A DNA stretch of 34,465 bases from a virus (lineage: Duplodnaviria; Caudoviricetes), in IMG/VR virus record IMGVR_UViG_3300032560_000073, positions 1 through 34,465 of that record. One strand, given 5' to 3'. Below, piece after piece: positions 34,326 to 34,465 of the stretch. The notes beneath the pieces are model-generated. The model was not told where the DNA came from. It searched no databases and was given only the letters and a program-made list of their open reading frames with translations. The translations under genes and the position numbers were made by a program. The first letter of the stretch is position 1. Every line of letters starts with the position of its first letter.

Positions 34326-34465
34326 GGGCCCTCCATTACTTTTTCATCGCATTCCTCCAGTGCTAGGGTGTATCCAGATTCAAACGCATCAGCCGGGCTA
34401 AATGACTGATACCCATCGTCATGCTGGACGAAATAACCTCCAGGACGCGGACGGTGCTTGTTTAA
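34313..34465 (-). CDS. 3' end of a conserved phage protein with a GYFV..DDGY.SFSPA.AFE.GY motif
   Basis: Frame open from the window edge: LNKHRPRPGGYFVQHDDGYQSFSPADAFESGYTL...WMV*. Confidence 0.7.
   Translation of the reverse strand, partial: LNKHRPRPGGYFVQHDDGYQSFSPADAFESGYTLALEECDEKVMEGPWMV

Noticed and set aside
1-34465. Alternative genetic code or stop-codon reassignment
   Set aside because: Core genes are full length in code 11, all three stop codons are used, and the only tRNA is a normal Asn(GTT).

Overview
About 34.5 kb of a tailed-phage genome (or prophage) with P22-like podovirus morphogenesis genes. The left 4.7 kb (+ strand) is an early/recombination region: a 5'-truncated pentapeptide-repeat gene, Erf-family annealing protein, YqaJ/lambda-type exonuclease, Ref-like nuclease and small unknown ORFs. 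The remainder (- strand) is the late region in a rearranged order: terS, tRNA-Asn, terL, a moron-like cassette, enlarged gp10-like tail hub, gp26/gp14-position genes, three ejection proteins, lysis genes, accessory enzymes, and only then portal, scaffold, coat, gp4-like adaptor, four small Lys-rich proteins and two receptor-binding proteins sharing an anchor domain. Main observations: (1) two small basic proteins end in the same GF-[KQ]-x-[YF] C-terminal motif as the scaffold, a candidate capsid cargo-loading signal; (2) a TATAAT-A-n-ATA motif with no shared -35 precedes seven late genes, six at a near-fixed distance; (3) a ~55-65 aa module recurs four times in three virion proteins; (4) a candidate small RNA has its own promoter and terminator; (5) two genes are disrupted. 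Family assignments come from recalled motifs and synteny, not database searches. No integrase, repressor, replication gene or CRISPR array was seen.
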